A DNA stretch of 64,000 bases from Cellvibrionales bacterium (GTDB taxonomy: Bacteria > Pseudomonadota > Gammaproteobacteria > Pseudomonadales > UBA7434): assembly GCA_042090785.1 (NCBI GenBank), contig JBELIP010000001.1, forward strand, positions 370,796 through 434,795. The letters run 5' to 3'. The translations under genes and the position numbers were made by a program. This document shows positions 46,622 through 57,943 of this stretch, piece by piece. Every line of letters starts with the position of its first letter. Within the stretch, counting starts at the first letter, position 1. The notes beneath the pieces were generated by a model. The model was given only the letters and a program-made list of their open reading frames with translations, did not search any database and was not told the DNA's origin.

Positions 46622-47448
46622 AATGTGATTTTCCCATCGAAAACTTTAGTGGCACTTCCTGTCATATTTAAAGAAGTGTCGCCACCCAGCCATTGAATAT
46701 TTAATTGTCCACCTAGCAGCTCTACATTCACTTCGTTATCAAGTATGCCGTTATTAATTCCGGCGGCTACGGCTGCACAGGCGCCACTACCACAGGCTTG
46801 TGTTTCACCAACCCCGCGTTCAAACACACGTAACTTAATGGCGTTGCGAGACAGTATTTGCATAAAGCCAACATTCACATGGTTGGGAAATTGTGTATGG
46901 CACTCTAACACTTTACCTAAACCTTGAACGTCGGCAGTATCAATATTATCGACCACTATTACTGCATGCGGGTTGCCCATGGATACAGCACTTATTTCAC
47001 TGCTGCCAAGGTCATGATGAATCGTATAGCTGTTGGCTACTTTGTCGGTAGTAAAAGGGAGCGATGCGGGATTAAAATTGGGCACACCCATATCGACACT
47101 TAGCGTGTTGGAATCAACAACATCAATATTCATTAAGCCAGTGTTTGTAGAGACTTTTAGCTGGCGTTTACCGGTAAGTTTTTTATCGGTAACAAACTTC
47201 CCAAAGCAGCGTGCGCCATTGCCGCATTGTTCAACTTCATTGCCATCGCAATTATAAATACGGTAGTGAAAGTCGGTATCTGTAGTGGCAGGCGGCTCTA
47301 CTAGCAATACTTGGTCGCAGCCAATGCCTAAGTTGCGGTTAGCTATGTGGCGTATATGGGCAGCAGTTAACTTAGCGTTTTGCGATAGCAAATCAATGAC
47401 GACAAAGTCATTGCCAAGGCCGTGCATTTTGGTAAATCGCAATTGCAT
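46618..47448 (-). CDS. dapF: diaminopimelate epimerase
   Basis: 276 aa. Motifs include FTKMHGLGNDF and the catalytic Cys motifs NCDGNEVEQCGNG and ETQACGSGA. Confidence 0.92.
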   Translation of the reverse strand: MQLRFTKMHGLGNDFVVIDLLSQNAKLTAAHIRHIANRNLGIGCDQVLLVEPPATTDTDFHYRIYNCDGNEVEQCGNGARCFGKFVTDKKLTGKRQLKVSTNTGLMNIDVVDSNTLSVDMGVPNFNPASLPFTTDKVANSYTIHHDLGSSEISAVSMGNPHAVIVVDNIDTADVQGLGKVLECHTQFPNHVNVGFMQILSRNAIKLRVFERGVGETQACGSGACAAVAAGINNGILDNEVNVELLGGQLNIQWLGGDTSLNMTGSATKVFDGKITL

Positions 47449-47476
47449 ATACTAAGCCTACTATCGATGTTCGGTA

Positions 47477-48730
47477 TTAAATGGTTTTTTCGCCACGGAC
47501 TAGATCTTCAATGGTTTCGCGCGCACGTACAATATGAAACTGCTCGCCATCGACCATAATTTCTGCTGCGCGGCCACGGCTATTGTAATTCGATGCCATC
47601 ACAAAACCATAGGCGCCGGCTGAGCACAGACATAATAAATCGTTTTCGGCAATGGCGAGCAATCTATCTTTACCTAAAAAGTCGCCCGTTTCACAGACTG
47701 GACCTACGACATCGTAAGTGTGCTGCGGACGATCAGCATTTTCAGCTAGCGGCAAAATATCCATCCATGCATTATAAAGAGCTGGACGAATCATATCGTT
47801 CATAGCGGCATCAACAATAGCGAAGCGTTTTTCTTCGTTCTGTTTAATGGTGTCGACACGCGTTAATAATACACCGGCATTAGCCGCAATCGATCGGCCT
47901 GGCTCCATGACTAATGATTGCGCTCGCCCGTCTAAAGTTTTAAGCAGGGTGGCAACATAGTCGGCAGGAGAGGGCGGTTGTTCGTCTTGATAACATATGC
48001 CAAGACCACCACCGACATCAATATGCGATAGTGTAATACCGGTTTCGGCTAAATGATCAACTAGCTCAAGCACACGTTTTAAGGCATCGTTAAATGGCGA
48101 CAACGAAGTGAGCTGTGAACCAATATGACAGTCAATACCTATAACATTAATGGAAGGTAGTGAGTGGGCTCGTTGGTAGACGCGCGGTGCTTCGTCGATA
48201 TCAATGCCAAATTTATTTTCTTTTAAACCGGTAGAAATATACGGATGCGTTTGTGCATCAACATCGGGATTAACGCGAAGCGATATTGAGGCGACAAGAC
48301 CAAGCTCGGCGGCTATAGCAGCAATACGTTCAAGCTCGGTTTCCGATTCGATATTAAAACAATGAACGCCTACTTCTAAGGCGCGAGCAATTTCTTCAGG
48401 CTTTTTAGCAACGCCAGAAAAAACTACTTTTGCTGGGTCACCGCCAGCGAGTAATACGCGTTCTAGTTCGCCTACCGAGACAATATCAAAGCCGCTGCCT
48501 AGTTTAGCTAATACACTTAGCACGCCTAAATTAGAGTTTGCTTTAACCGCGTAGCAAACTAAGTGCCCACCGTTAGTATCTGTATCGAGAGCGTCGCGGT
48601 AAGCAAGGTAGTGAGTCTCTAACGCTTTTTTCGAGTAGACATAAGTGGGCGTGCCCACTTTGTCGACAATCGATGCAAGAGGTAATTGCTCAGCCATTAG
48701 CTGATTATTTTGATAATAAAATTGTGACAT
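47477..48730 (-). CDS. lysA: diaminopimelate decarboxylase
   Basis: 417 aa. It is a PLP fold-III decarboxylase (YAVKAN, GGGLGI, CETGD). Confidence 0.92.
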   Translation of the reverse strand: MSQFYYQNNQLMAEQLPLASIVDKVGTPTYVYSKKALETHYLAYRDALDTDTNGGHLVCYAVKANSNLGVLSVLAKLGSGFDIVSVGELERVLLAGGDPAKVVFSGVAKKPEEIARALEVGVHCFNIESETELERIAAIAAELGLVASISLRVNPDVDAQTHPYISTGLKENKFGIDIDEAPRVYQRAHSLPSINVIGIDCHIGSQLTSLSPFNDALKRVLELVDHLAETGITLSHIDVGGGLGICYQDEQPPSPADYVATLLKTLDGRAQSLVMEPGRSIAANAGVLLTRVDTIKQNEEKRFAIVDAAMNDMIRPALYNAWMDILPLAENADRPQHTYDVVGPVCETGDFLGKDRLLAIAENDLLCLCSAGAYGFVMASNYNSRGRAAEIMVDGEQFHIVRARETIEDLVRGEKTI

Positions 48731-48791
48731 GCGTTAAGCGTATTCCTGCAATCCAATGGGCGTGAAAGCGTTATCTTTTTTCACTACAATG

Positions 48792-49010
48792 TTAGTCCAC
48801 GTTTTTTATTACGGCATCTTTCATTACGGCTGACTCTTTCGCTAAAGTATTGTCGTCGGCTGAAAGCGTATTTGTATTATCTTGTGGTAAATACAATGCG
48901 CCTTTTTGACCGCAAGCAGTAATGCATGCGGTAAATGCCGATAGCGATAAAAAAAGTATTAGCGGTGTTATTTTGCGCATCGCCGGTTGCTTGTTAGTGT
49001 ACATAGCCAA
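48792..49010 (-). CDS. lptM: LptM/YifL(LppL)-type small lipoprotein
   Basis: The lipobox plus CGQKGALYLP signature is present. The true start is probably the internal Met at 48980 (MRKITPLILF...). Confidence 0.7.
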   Translation of the reverse strand: MAMYTNKQPAMRKITPLILFLSLSAFTACITACGQKGALYLPQDNTNTLSADDNTLAKESAVMKDAVIKNVD

Positions 49011-49013
49011 CTC

Positions 49014-50456
49014 TTACCTTTGTTTAATTGCATCGCTAGCTTTAGCGGCAGCCTGCTTAACTTGTTCGGGTGCTGTGCCGCCTAAGTGATTTCGGCTAGC
49101 AACTGAACCCTCTAATGTCAGTATAGAAAACACATCGGCATCAATGGCCTTATTAAATGTTTTAAGTGTCTCTAATGATAGTTCACTTAAGTCACAGTTA
49201 AGATCAATGCATTTTGCGACGGCATTACCGACAATTTCATGTGAGTCTCTAAATGGAATGCCTTTTCGCACTAAATAATCAGCAAGGTCGGTTGCTGTTG
49301 AAAAACCTTTGCCTGCAGCATTGCGCATATTTTCTGCTTTAGCGGTAATAGCTGGGACCATGTCTGCATAAGCATTAAGGCAATCCAATAAAGTATCTAC
49401 CGTATCAAACAAGGGCTCTTTATCTTCTTGGTTATCTTTATTGTACGCCAGCGGTTGTGATTTCATTAACGATAGCAAGCTGACCAAATGTCCTTGCACG
49501 CGACCAAATTTTCCTCGCACTAACTCAGGTACGTCAGGATTTTTTTTCTGCGGCATAATGGATGAGCCAGTACAGAAGCGATCGGGCAAATCAATAAAAT
49601 CAAACTGACTGGATGTCCACAATACTAACTCTTCAGAGAAGCGTGATAGGTGCATCATTATGATGCTAGCGCAGCCGCTAAATTCAATGGCAAAATCTCT
49701 ATCACTTACCGAGTCTAAAGAGTTGTCAGTGGGTTTGTTAAACCCTAAGGCAGCTGCCGTCATTGCTCTATCAATAGGGTAAGTGGTACCGGCTAATGCG
49801 GCGGCACCTAATGGGCATTCATTCAGTCGACTCTGGCAATCTAACAATCTTGAATGGTCGCGCTCTAACATGGCGTTCCAGGCTAACAAGTGGTGACCAA
49901 AAGTAACCGGTTGTGCCGTTTGTAAATGCGTAAAGCCCGGCATAATAGTCGCCGCTTCTTGGTCCGCTAATTGAATAAGTCCTTGTTGTAAACGCGTTAA
50001 CTGTGTCGCAATAGCATCAATGGCCTGGCGCAGATACAGACGAATATCAGTGGCAACTTGGTCGTTGCGAGAGCGACCGGTATGCAGTTTTTTGCCAACA
50101 CTGCCAATGCGCTCGGTTAAGGCGGCTTCAATATTCATATGCACATCTTCACGCGCAATGGACCAGTTGAAATTGCCGCTTTCAATATCGTTAGCAATGG
50201 CATTTAAGCCATCAATAATTTGTGCAGTCTCATCGGCTGTGAGTACGCCAACGCTTGCCAGCATAGTTGCATGCGCAATCGAGCCCTGAATATCTTGGCT
50301 ATAAAGACGCTGGTCAAATTGTACCGACGCAGTAAAGCGCTCTACAAAAGCATCTGTAGGTTCTTGAAAGCGTCCACCCCAAAGGGTTTTACTGGTTGAC
50401 GAGGCCGCATGGTTAGCGTTGGCGTCAGAATTGTCTGGCTGATGATCAGAACCCAT
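49014..50456 (-). CDS. argH: argininosuccinate lyase
   Basis: 480 aa. Motifs include LWGGRF and the fumarate-lyase signature [12 protein letters not shown]. Confidence 0.92.
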   Translation of the reverse strand: MGSDHQPDNSDANANHAASSTSKTLWGGRFQEPTDAFVERFTASVQFDQRLYSQDIQGSIAHATMLASVGVLTADETAQIIDGLNAIANDIESGNFNWSIAREDVHMNIEAALTERIGSVGKKLHTGRSRNDQVATDIRLYLRQAIDAIATQLTRLQQGLIQLADQEAATIMPGFTHLQTAQPVTFGHHLLAWNAMLERDHSRLLDCQSRLNECPLGAAALAGTTYPIDRAMTAAALGFNKPTDNSLDSVSDRDFAIEFSGCASIIMMHLSRFSEELVLWTSSQFDFIDLPDRFCTGSSIMPQKKNPDVPELVRGKFGRVQGHLVSLLSLMKSQPLAYNKDNQEDKEPLFDTVDTLLDCLNAYADMVPAITAKAENMRNAAGKGFSTATDLADYLVRKGIPFRDSHEIVGNAVAKCIDLNCDLSELSLETLKTFNKAIDADVFSILTLEGSVASRNHLGGTAPEQVKQAAAKASDAIKQR

Positions 50457-50739
50457 GTTGGTACCGTTAGTTAGATAAAAATAGATTTTGCAGTATATCT
50501 TATGGCTAATGTGTGAACTACGCCCACAAGCCGTGAGGCGGGCAGATTACCGGCATTGCTCAAGCAACTACACTCAGTTAATGGTTGTCAAAGCTTACTC
50601 AAGAGGGTCGAAGCGCATAAAGCGATTAGAAAGTGAGTAAAAATTGAGTATTGGTAGCCTAAAGACGTCAATCAACGAGCAATGATGCGAGTTATTAGAT
50701 GAGCCAGAAAATGTACAGAAATCCGTTTACCTCTTACTG

Positions 50740-51912
50740 ATGTCCGAGTATTCAATGTACCGGTCAGCAACTCACATGCCTGTTACAGACAGGCCGCAGG
50801 CATTAAATGCCGCACCATTGCTGCCGCATTTATGCCGGCTGCCAGTGTTGTTGGTAGTCCTCTTTGTTACCGAATTAGTGGTTATTCTTTATGTATTTAG
50901 CCTTAGCCCGCTAGGCACCTTTAATTGGCAGCGTTTATCGTTGTTATCACTGTATGCCCAATGGATTAGCCTGCTTTCAGTGGGTGGTTTATGTCATTTA
51001 GGTCGGCGAATTCATGGTCGAAGTGAAAATGCGGTTAAACATTTGAGCGTAGAAGCGGCTGGCTTACTCAGTTTTGGCTGGATTATTGGCGTAACCTTAT
51101 TAACTAATATTGGTGCGCAATGGGTTTATGCTGGGGGCTCTTGGGCGGCTTTTTCATTCGCTTGGTTATTGCGTGATGTCATGATAATTGCGGTGCTTGC
51201 GGCAATTACTTTGCGTTATTTTTATATGCAGCAAAGTTGGCGTGCCGAGCAAAAGGCTACGCAAGACGCGCGTTTAGCGGCTTTACATGCCCGTATTCGG
51301 CCACATTTTTTATTTAATAGTATGAACACCATTGCGAGCTTAATTAGCTATGCACCCGATGATGCAGAAAAAGCCGTTGAAGATTTAGCGGCGCTCTTTC
51401 GTGCTTCACTTTCGCAAAACGATTTATTAGTGAGTTGGCAGCAAGAGCTAGATATCTGCTTAGCCTATGTGCGAATTGAGCAACAGCGCTTGGGCCACCG
51501 TTTGCAGCTTGATTGGCAGTTGAGCGATATTCCAAAACACTGCCAATTGCCGCCGTTAAGTTTACAACCGTTAATCGAAAACGCTATTTATCATGGTATT
51601 GAGCAAAGCGCAGCCGGAGGGACCGTTGTGGTTAGGGCGCAGGTTAAAGATAACGCGCTACGTATTGATGTCGAAAACCTTTATCAGGCTAGTCGCATAG
51701 CATCGGAGCATACCGCTGCCAAAACACATAATGGTATTGCAATCGATAACATTAGGGCGCGATTGTCAGCTATTTATCATGGCTTTGAAGTCAATAGCCA
51801 GCAGCATGTAAAAGCTCAGTTGGTTTTAAATAGGACCTTACATTTATTTATAGCGACATTAATTCTACCCATAAACTTGCCAGTAAGAGCGAGCATAGTC
51901 GATGGAGAATGA
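50740..51912 (+). CDS. algZ: LytS/AlgZ(FimS)-type sensor histidine kinase
   Basis: 390 aa. It has a polytopic N-terminus and a His_kinase (5TM-less LytS-type) box RIRPHFLFNSMNTIASLI. The argH / algZ-algR-hemC context matches Pseudomonas. Confidence 0.8.
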   Translation: MSEYSMYRSATHMPVTDRPQALNAAPLLPHLCRLPVLLVVLFVTELVVILYVFSLSPLGTFNWQRLSLLSLYAQWISLLSVGGLCHLGRRIHGRSENAVKHLSVEAAGLLSFGWIIGVTLLTNIGAQWVYAGGSWAAFSFAWLLRDVMIIAVLAAITLRYFYMQQSWRAEQKATQDARLAALHARIRPHFLFNSMNTIASLISYAPDDAEKAVEDLAALFRASLSQNDLLVSWQQELDICLAYVRIEQQRLGHRLQLDWQLSDIPKHCQLPPLSLQPLIENAIYHGIEQSAAGGTVVVRAQVKDNALRIDVENLYQASRIASEHTAAKTHNGIAIDNIRARLSAIYHGFEVNSQQHVKAQLVLNRTLHLFIATLILPINLPVRASIVDGE

Positions 51913-52757
51913 CAATGAGTAAGCAGGCCCCGTTAATAAAGGAACCCTTAGTTCGCGAAATGCTAAGCAGCGAAGCAGAAGTCAATGCGCCGAGCAGCGA
52001 TAGCACCAGAGTAAAAACCGTTTTAATTGTTGATGATGAACCGCCGGCCCGCATGCGCTTAAAAGCCATGGTGGATGCACTAGATGGTTATCAAGTTATT
52101 GCTGAGGCTGAAAATGGTCAGCAAGCTATGGAGATGAATAAAAAGCTTTCTCCCGATATTGTCCTATTAGATATTCGTATGCCAGAGATGGATGGCATAG
52201 CCGCTGCCGCACAGTTTAGTGAGCAAGATCAGCCGCCAGCGGTTATTTTTTGCACAGCCTATGATGAGCATGCCCTAGCGGCTTTTGATGCACAGGCTGT
52301 GGGCTACTTATTAAAGCCGGTATCGCGTTTAAAGTTGACTGACAATTTGGCTAAAGCGCAGACAGTTAATCGCTCTCAACTGGCTAATTTGGTGCCCGAA
52401 TCGGCCCAAAAAAGCTTAATGCAAAAATGCTTGTCTGTGCGTACCCGTAGTGGCCATGAATTATTAGCAGTAAATGAAATACGAGCTTTGGTCGCAGATA
52501 ACAAGTACGTGAGTGCTTACACACATAATAGAGAAGTGCTGCTTGATTTAAGTTTAAAAGAGTTAGAGCGGCGTTTTGCCAAGCAATTTTTGCGTGTGCA
52601 TCGCAATGCCTTGGTTACTATTCGCTATATACGTTGTTTAGAAAAATGTGAGGATAGGCCGGGCCAAACGGTTATTCGTCTTGAGGGCAGTGATATTGCT
52701 CCCATAGTGAGTCGACGTAACTTGCCTGAGTTAAGGCGGTTGCTGAAAGCACATTAG
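51909..52757 (+). CDS. algR: LytTR-family response regulator AlgR
   Basis: 282 aa with a receiver domain and a C-terminal LytTR DNA-binding domain. There is a 4-nt overlap with algZ. Confidence 0.85.
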   Translation: MTMSKQAPLIKEPLVREMLSSEAEVNAPSSDSTRVKTVLIVDDEPPARMRLKAMVDALDGYQVIAEAENGQQAMEMNKKLSPDIVLLDIRMPEMDGIAAAAQFSEQDQPPAVIFCTAYDEHALAAFDAQAVGYLLKPVSRLKLTDNLAKAQTVNRSQLANLVPESAQKSLMQKCLSVRTRSGHELLAVNEIRALVADNKYVSAYTHNREVLLDLSLKELERRFAKQFLRVHRNALVTIRYIRCLEKCEDRPGQTVIRLEGSDIAPIVSRRNLPELRRLLKAH

Positions 52758-53026
52758 CGCAGGTGACCAGTCAGGCTAAGGCGAGCGTCTTTATTTTTCA
52801 TCTAGCCTAAAGGTAGTACCTGATTTGAATACTTTATATAAAAAGAAAGAGTGTTCGTTTCTCACCGTTTTATAAACGACATTTCCGGATGATTTGCTTA
52901 TCATATAGCACTGGATTGAGTGGCTGCTTCAGCAGCCATTTATATTTACCGTTGATGGATTCGGCTTGCAAAAAATGTAGGCGTTAGTTCACTCAATAGT
53001 TTAGCGGCCACATAATTGGATACTCC

Positions 53027-54019
53027 ATGACCAGCAGTGCAACTCAGACCATCACTATTGCCACCCGAAAAAGTCCGCTTGCGCTTTGGCAGGCCGAGAC
53101 TATCCGCGATGCGTTATTGACATTACACCCACATATAGCTGTTGAATTACTGCCTATGTCTACGCATGGCGACAAAATATTAGATGCGCCATTGGCCAAA
53201 GTCGGTGGTAAAGGCTTATTTGTTAAAGAGTTAGAGGCGGCTTTGTTAGATGGTCGCGCTGATATCGCGGTGCACTCTACCAAAGATGTGCCCATGGCAT
53301 TGCCAGAGGGTTTAACTTTAGGCGTGATTTGCGACCGAGAAGACCCTTTAGATGCCTTGGTTTTACCTTTGTCAGTCGATGGTCATTGTGCAAGTATGAC
53401 ATCTTTAGATGACTTACCCATGGGTGCCACAGTGGGTACTTCAAGTTTGCGACGCCAGTGCCAGCTACAACAGTTGCGGCCCGATATAAAATGCGAATCG
53501 CTGCGCGGCAATGTAAACACGCGCTTAGCCAAGCTGGATGATGGAAAATACGATGCCATTATTCTTGCTGCGGCAGGCTTACGCCGTTTAGGTTTTACCC
53601 ATCGCATCAGTTATCTTATTGAGCCGCAACATTTATTGCCTGCCGTAGCTCAAGGGGCATTGTCTATCGAGTTACGTAGCGGTGATGAAGCAACGCAAGC
53701 TTTACTAAACCCCTTACATCATTTTGAAAGCGCCTTGTGTGTATTAGCCGAGCGCGCAATGAACTGTCGGTTACAAGGCGGCTGCCAAGTCCCTATTGCC
53801 GGCTTTGCACAATTAAGTGCCAATAAGGGTTTATCACTTGAGGGCCGTGTAGGCGCTATTGATGGCTCAGAATTATTAATTGAAAAACAACAAATAGTTT
53901 TAAGCGGTGACGACACTCAGCGTGTTAAACAAGCCGAGCAATTAGGTGAAACCATTGCTGATAATTTATTAGCGCGCGGCGCACGCGTGTTGCTTGATCA
54001 GGCTTATGACAATCAGTAA
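53027..54019 (+). CDS. hemC: porphobilinogen deaminase (hydroxymethylbilane synthase)
   Basis: 330 aa. Motifs include [14 protein letters not shown] and [11 protein letters not shown]. Confidence 0.92.
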   Translation: MTSSATQTITIATRKSPLALWQAETIRDALLTLHPHIAVELLPMSTHGDKILDAPLAKVGGKGLFVKELEAALLDGRADIAVHSTKDVPMALPEGLTLGVICDREDPLDALVLPLSVDGHCASMTSLDDLPMGATVGTSSLRRQCQLQQLRPDIKCESLRGNVNTRLAKLDDGKYDAIILAAAGLRRLGFTHRISYLIEPQHLLPAVAQGALSIELRSGDEATQALLNPLHHFESALCVLAERAMNCRLQGGCQVPIAGFAQLSANKGLSLEGRVGAIDGSELLIEKQQIVLSGDDTQRVKQAEQLGETIADNLLARGARVLLDQAYDNQ

Positions 54020-54815
54020 TGCTAGCGTGCGAGTCTTAGTCACGCGCCCAGCAGGGCAGGCTGATCGATTAGTTCACGTACTTGCCGATGCCGGCATTAG
54101 CGCTAGCTGTTTGCCGCTGCTAAATTTAGAAGCCGTTAAAACGGTAGAAAAAGTTGCGCAAATTAAAAAACAATTACAGCAATTACATCAACAGAGTTTC
54201 GCCATTTTTATTAGCAGCAATGCGGTTAAATATACGGCCGAATGTATGCAGCAGTATCATTTAACATGGCCAAAGACATTAGCTTGTATTCCTATTGGTG
54301 GCGCAACAGCAAAAGCGATTCAAGATTTAAATTGGCCGATAGATAAAAAAATAAATTTCGATGCTTCAGATAATTTATTAGCTTATAGTAGTGAAAAGTT
54401 ATTACTGCAGTTAAGTCAGCGTGATGTGAGTGGAATGCACATCACCATTTTTCGTGGCGAGGGAGGACGCGAGCTGTTAGCGCAGGATTTAACGGCGCGT
54501 GGTGCAGTGGTTGAGTATTGCGAAATGTATAAGCGTCAGCATCCCAGTTACAGTGCCAATGAATTTAGTCACGCGGTGGGTGTTAATGAAAAGCCAGCAG
54601 CCATTTTATTTGCCAGTGGCGAAACATTGGATAATTTTTATCGTCATATGCAGCGAGATAAATTACAACGGCAATTAGAGGGGGTGCCTATTATTGTGCC
54701 TTCTGAGCGGATTAAATTATTAGCAGAGGGCTATGGGTTTAAAAAAATATTTTTAGCCGTCAATGCCAGTGCCGAAGGATTTTTGCAGGTGCTTGAGGAG
54801 CAGATACTTAAATAA
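53994..54815 (+). CDS. hemD: uroporphyrinogen-III synthase
   Basis: 273 aa with a HEM4 fold (VLVTRPAGQ...). The start may be the ATG at 54006. It overlaps the hemC end. Confidence 0.8.
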   Translation: MIRLMTISNASVRVLVTRPAGQADRLVHVLADAGISASCLPLLNLEAVKTVEKVAQIKKQLQQLHQQSFAIFISSNAVKYTAECMQQYHLTWPKTLACIPIGGATAKAIQDLNWPIDKKINFDASDNLLAYSSEKLLLQLSQRDVSGMHITIFRGEGGRELLAQDLTARGAVVEYCEMYKRQHPSYSANEFSHAVGVNEKPAAILFASGETLDNFYRHMQRDKLQRQLEGVPIIVPSERIKLLAEGYGFKKIFLAVNASAEGFLQVLEEQILK

Positions 54816-54940
54816 CTTAAATAGTAGCAGCTTAAACAGTAGATAATTAAGCAGCAATGCTGATGCAGTAATTAGTCTGTTAACAAGCAAAGTATTAAAG
54901 ATTATCAGCAAAAAATTTATCATTAGAGTCGGAAAAGTAT

Positions 54941-56206
54941 ATGACTAAAAAAGAAGATAGCTTAGAAAGCAATGATGTTGAAAACGCGACCATTATTGAA
55001 GACGCGACTATTATTGAAGATGAAAAAATAACAAAAAGTGAAGGTATGGCTAACTCATCGTCTAAAAAAATATCGGGTCAGCCAAAAGATAAAAATGGTA
55101 CGCTTGCCGGTGTCGCCTTTATTATTGCTTTTCTGGCTGCGGTAACGGCTGCTTATATTGGTTGGCTGTTCTTTCAGCAAGCTGAACAGTTAGAATCAAT
55201 AGCCGCTGATGCCCAACGTTATCATCAACAAACAAGCAATTTAAAGCAGTCGCTTCAGGCGGCACGATCAGAATCAGCAGCGGCTTACACTCAGCGTGAG
55301 CAACAAAATGAACAGCTTTCCTTAGCGCTGCAAGATGCCAATCTTATTATTGCCGCACATGGCCGGCGTTTACGTTCTTTAACGTCCACCACTACGGATG
55401 ATTGGCGATTAGCAGAAGTCGAATATTTATTACGCTTGGCTAACCAGCGTATTTTAATCTCCCAAGACAGTGCAACAGCATTAAGTTTATTAACAACTGC
55501 CGACGAAATATTATTAACACTTGCCGATCCGCGTTTTTTTGATATTCGAAAATCCATTGCTGAAGATCGTGCAGCATTGGTATTGGTTGGCCAGCAAGAT
55601 TTAGATGGTGTATTTTTGCGTCTATCGGCATTAACGCAGCAGTTAGAAAAATTACCGCTTATTGTTATACCTTCGTTCGCAGCCGAAAATGATCGCGTAA
55701 ATACGGCGCTCAATGAGTCTACGGTTTCTTCATGGCGTGAAAAGCTCAATGCTATGGGTGCATCGACTTGGCAGGAGCTAAAAAGTTTAGTGATCGTTAA
55801 TAAGCGCAGTAGCGATATTAAACCGTTGTTGCCGCCAGAGCAGCAATACTATTTGCGCGGTAATCTACAGTTAATGATTAATCAGTCGCAACTCGCGCTG
55901 CTCGATGGCCGTCAAGCCGTTTATAGCGATAGCCTTTATCGCGCTGAGCGTTGGCTGCAAGATTATTTTCCAAGCGATGAGCATGCCATTAAGTCAGTCA
56001 TTGCCGAGATACAAGCGCTGCAACAAATGAAGGTTGATATTGAATTACCCGATGTCACAAAATCTTTATTAGCGGTCACGCAATTTTTATCCCAGCAACA
56101 TCAAGTCGATACCTCTGCCGACATTGAAGTGTCTTTAGCACCGCGTGAGGCTTCTTCGGTAAATGCTGCTGAAAATATTGAAGTTGCTGTCGAGGCAGAT
56201 TTATGA
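54941..56206 (+). CDS. hemX: HemX-family membrane protein
   Basis: 421 aa with a single TM helix and a coiled-coil region. It occupies the hemX position of hemCDXY. Confidence 0.7.
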   Translation: MTKKEDSLESNDVENATIIEDATIIEDEKITKSEGMANSSSKKISGQPKDKNGTLAGVAFIIAFLAAVTAAYIGWLFFQQAEQLESIAADAQRYHQQTSNLKQSLQAARSESAAAYTQREQQNEQLSLALQDANLIIAAHGRRLRSLTSTTTDDWRLAEVEYLLRLANQRILISQDSATALSLLTTADEILLTLADPRFFDIRKSIAEDRAALVLVGQQDLDGVFLRLSALTQQLEKLPLIVIPSFAAENDRVNTALNESTVSSWREKLNAMGASTWQELKSLVIVNKRSSDIKPLLPPEQQYYLRGNLQLMINQSQLALLDGRQAVYSDSLYRAERWLQDYFPSDEHAIKSVIAEIQALQQMKVDIELPDVTKSLLAVTQFLSQQHQVDTSADIEVSLAPREASSVNAAENIEVAVEADL

Positions 56207-57543
56207 GACGGATATTTCTTTTTGTATTAGCTGTATTAGCCATAACCGCTGCAATATTTTCAACGCTTGAAAATGGCGGAGGCTATGTGCTCATAGCCGT
56301 GGGCGATATCACTATTGAAATGGCTTTTATTGTTGCGGCGGCAATTAATTTATTAATTTTTGCTGCACTGTATATTTTGGTTATCGCTTTGCGAATGCTG
56401 TTTAGTACGCGCAGCGGTGTATTAGCTTGGGCGAAAAACCGACGGCAACAGCGGGGGCTAAACAGAACGACGCAAGGGCTTATTGCTTTTATTGAGGGTC
56501 GCTGGGATATTGCCAGAAAAGCTTTAGCTAAATCGGCAGACAATTCATCTACACCGTTAATCAATTATTTATTTGCTGCACGTGCGAGTTCGGCAGTGGG
56601 TGATGCTAAAGCGGTTGATGATTTTTTAAAAAAAGCCGAGCTTTCTACGCAAGGCGCCGATGTTGCTATTGGTTTAACGCAAGCTGAATTGCAAATACAC
56701 AATGGTCAGTATGAGCAGGCGTTAGCCACGTTATTAAGAGCTAAAAAAATAGCCAGCCATCATCCGGTTGTGCTTGCCTCATTAATGAAGGTTTATCGGC
56801 AGCTCAATGACTGGGATAGCTTATTAAAATTATTGCCTGCCTTGCAAAAATACAGTGCTTTATCGGTAGCCGATATTGCCAGTTTAGAGCGCGAGGCTAG
56901 CTGCGCTAAATTAAAGCGCGCAGTAGCAAGTCATGATGTGAATGGCTTGCTCAATGGTTGGAAGCATCTTGCTAGCCATGTAAAACAGGACCCTTTATTA
57001 GTTGCCTATTATGCCGAGCAATTAATTAGTTTTGAGCAATGCGAGCAAGCCGAGCGTTTATTGCGTCAACAATTACAGCGTCAATATGATGAGCGTTTAA
57101 TCGGCCTTTATGGGCTGGCGGTTGCCGAACCGCAAGCCAAGCAATTGGCTTTTGCAGAAAAATTATTAAAATCCGAGTCGGCACAGTTAAGCCAAAAAGG
57201 AGCTGCGGTGTTGCGGTTAGCGATTGCGCGCATTTGCTTGAATAACGGCTTGCAACAAAAGGCTCAGCAGTATTTAGAAGAAAGTCTTAAACTAGAAACC
57301 GTTGCCGGTGCTTTTGCCACGCTTGGCAGTATTTATGCAAGCCAGAATAATCATAAGAAAAGTGTTGAGTGCTATGTGCGAGAGTTGGCCGTGCAGAGCA
57401 CAAATAATGTAAGTGGTGTTTCACTTTGCGAGACGGATTTATTATCTTCGCCTTCTATTTCAATGACGAGTTCAACGCCGCCGGCTAAAGAAAAGTCGCT
57501 ATTCACTTCGGCAGATGATATTCAGCAACCATTACGACGTTAG
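56203..57543 (+). CDS. hemY: HemY-family TPR membrane protein
   Basis: 446 aa with two N-terminal TM helices and TPR-like repeats. It occupies the hemY position of hemCDXY. Confidence 0.7.
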   Translation: MRRIFLFVLAVLAITAAIFSTLENGGGYVLIAVGDITIEMAFIVAAAINLLIFAALYILVIALRMLFSTRSGVLAWAKNRRQQRGLNRTTQGLIAFIEGRWDIARKALAKSADNSSTPLINYLFAARASSAVGDAKAVDDFLKKAELSTQGADVAIGLTQAELQIHNGQYEQALATLLRAKKIASHHPVVLASLMKVYRQLNDWDSLLKLLPALQKYSALSVADIASLEREASCAKLKRAVASHDVNGLLNGWKHLASHVKQDPLLVAYYAEQLISFEQCEQAERLLRQQLQRQYDERLIGLYGLAVAEPQAKQLAFAEKLLKSESAQLSQKGAAVLRLAIARICLNNGLQQKAQQYLEESLKLETVAGAFATLGSIYASQNNHKKSVECYVRELAVQSTNNVSGVSLCETDLLSSPSISMTSSTPPAKEKSLFTSADDIQQPLRR

Positions 57544-57573
57544 CGTTCTGATTAAAAGTGTTAAACAAAGCAT

Positions 57574-57606
57574 AAAAAAGGGCGCTGTTTTTTAGCGCCC
57601 TTTTTT
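57574..57606. terminator. bidirectional rho-independent terminator between hemY and ppnP
   Basis: aaaaaa-GGGCGCT-gtttttt-AGCGCCC-tttttt. Confidence 0.85.
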
Positions 57607-57649
57607 ATAACAAACTTATTATGAGTTCCTTTTTTTCATGGTTTTATTA

Positions 57650-57931
57650 TTAGCCATAAGTACAAAGATAAGCTGTCGCTACTTCAACTTTAAGATCAAA
57701 TACTTCGTTAGCATTAACGGTAAATGTATCGCCTGCATTATAGGTATTCCAACTATCACTATTAGGTAACTTAACGGTGAGTGCGCCGCTGACAACGGTC
57801 ATAGTTTCAAATTGGCTAGTATCAAACTGGTATTCACCAATAGCCATAACGCCGACCGAAGCAGGCAGTGTGGCGCTTTGAAAACCAATAGACTTTACGT
57901 TGCCCTCAAAATATTCATTTACTTTTAACAT
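57650..57931 (-). CDS. ppnP: pyrimidine/purine nucleoside phosphorylase PpnP (YaiE, DUF1255)
   Basis: 93 aa. [17 protein letters not shown]...G.Y.F.T...E.M.V..G is colinear with E. coli PpnP. Confidence 0.85.
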   Translation of the reverse strand: MLKVNEYFEGNVKSIGFQSATLPASVGVMAIGEYQFDTSQFETMTVVSGALTVKLPNSDSWNTYNAGDTFTVNANEVFDLKVEVATAYLCTYG

Positions 57932-57943
57932 TGTTTTTTCCTT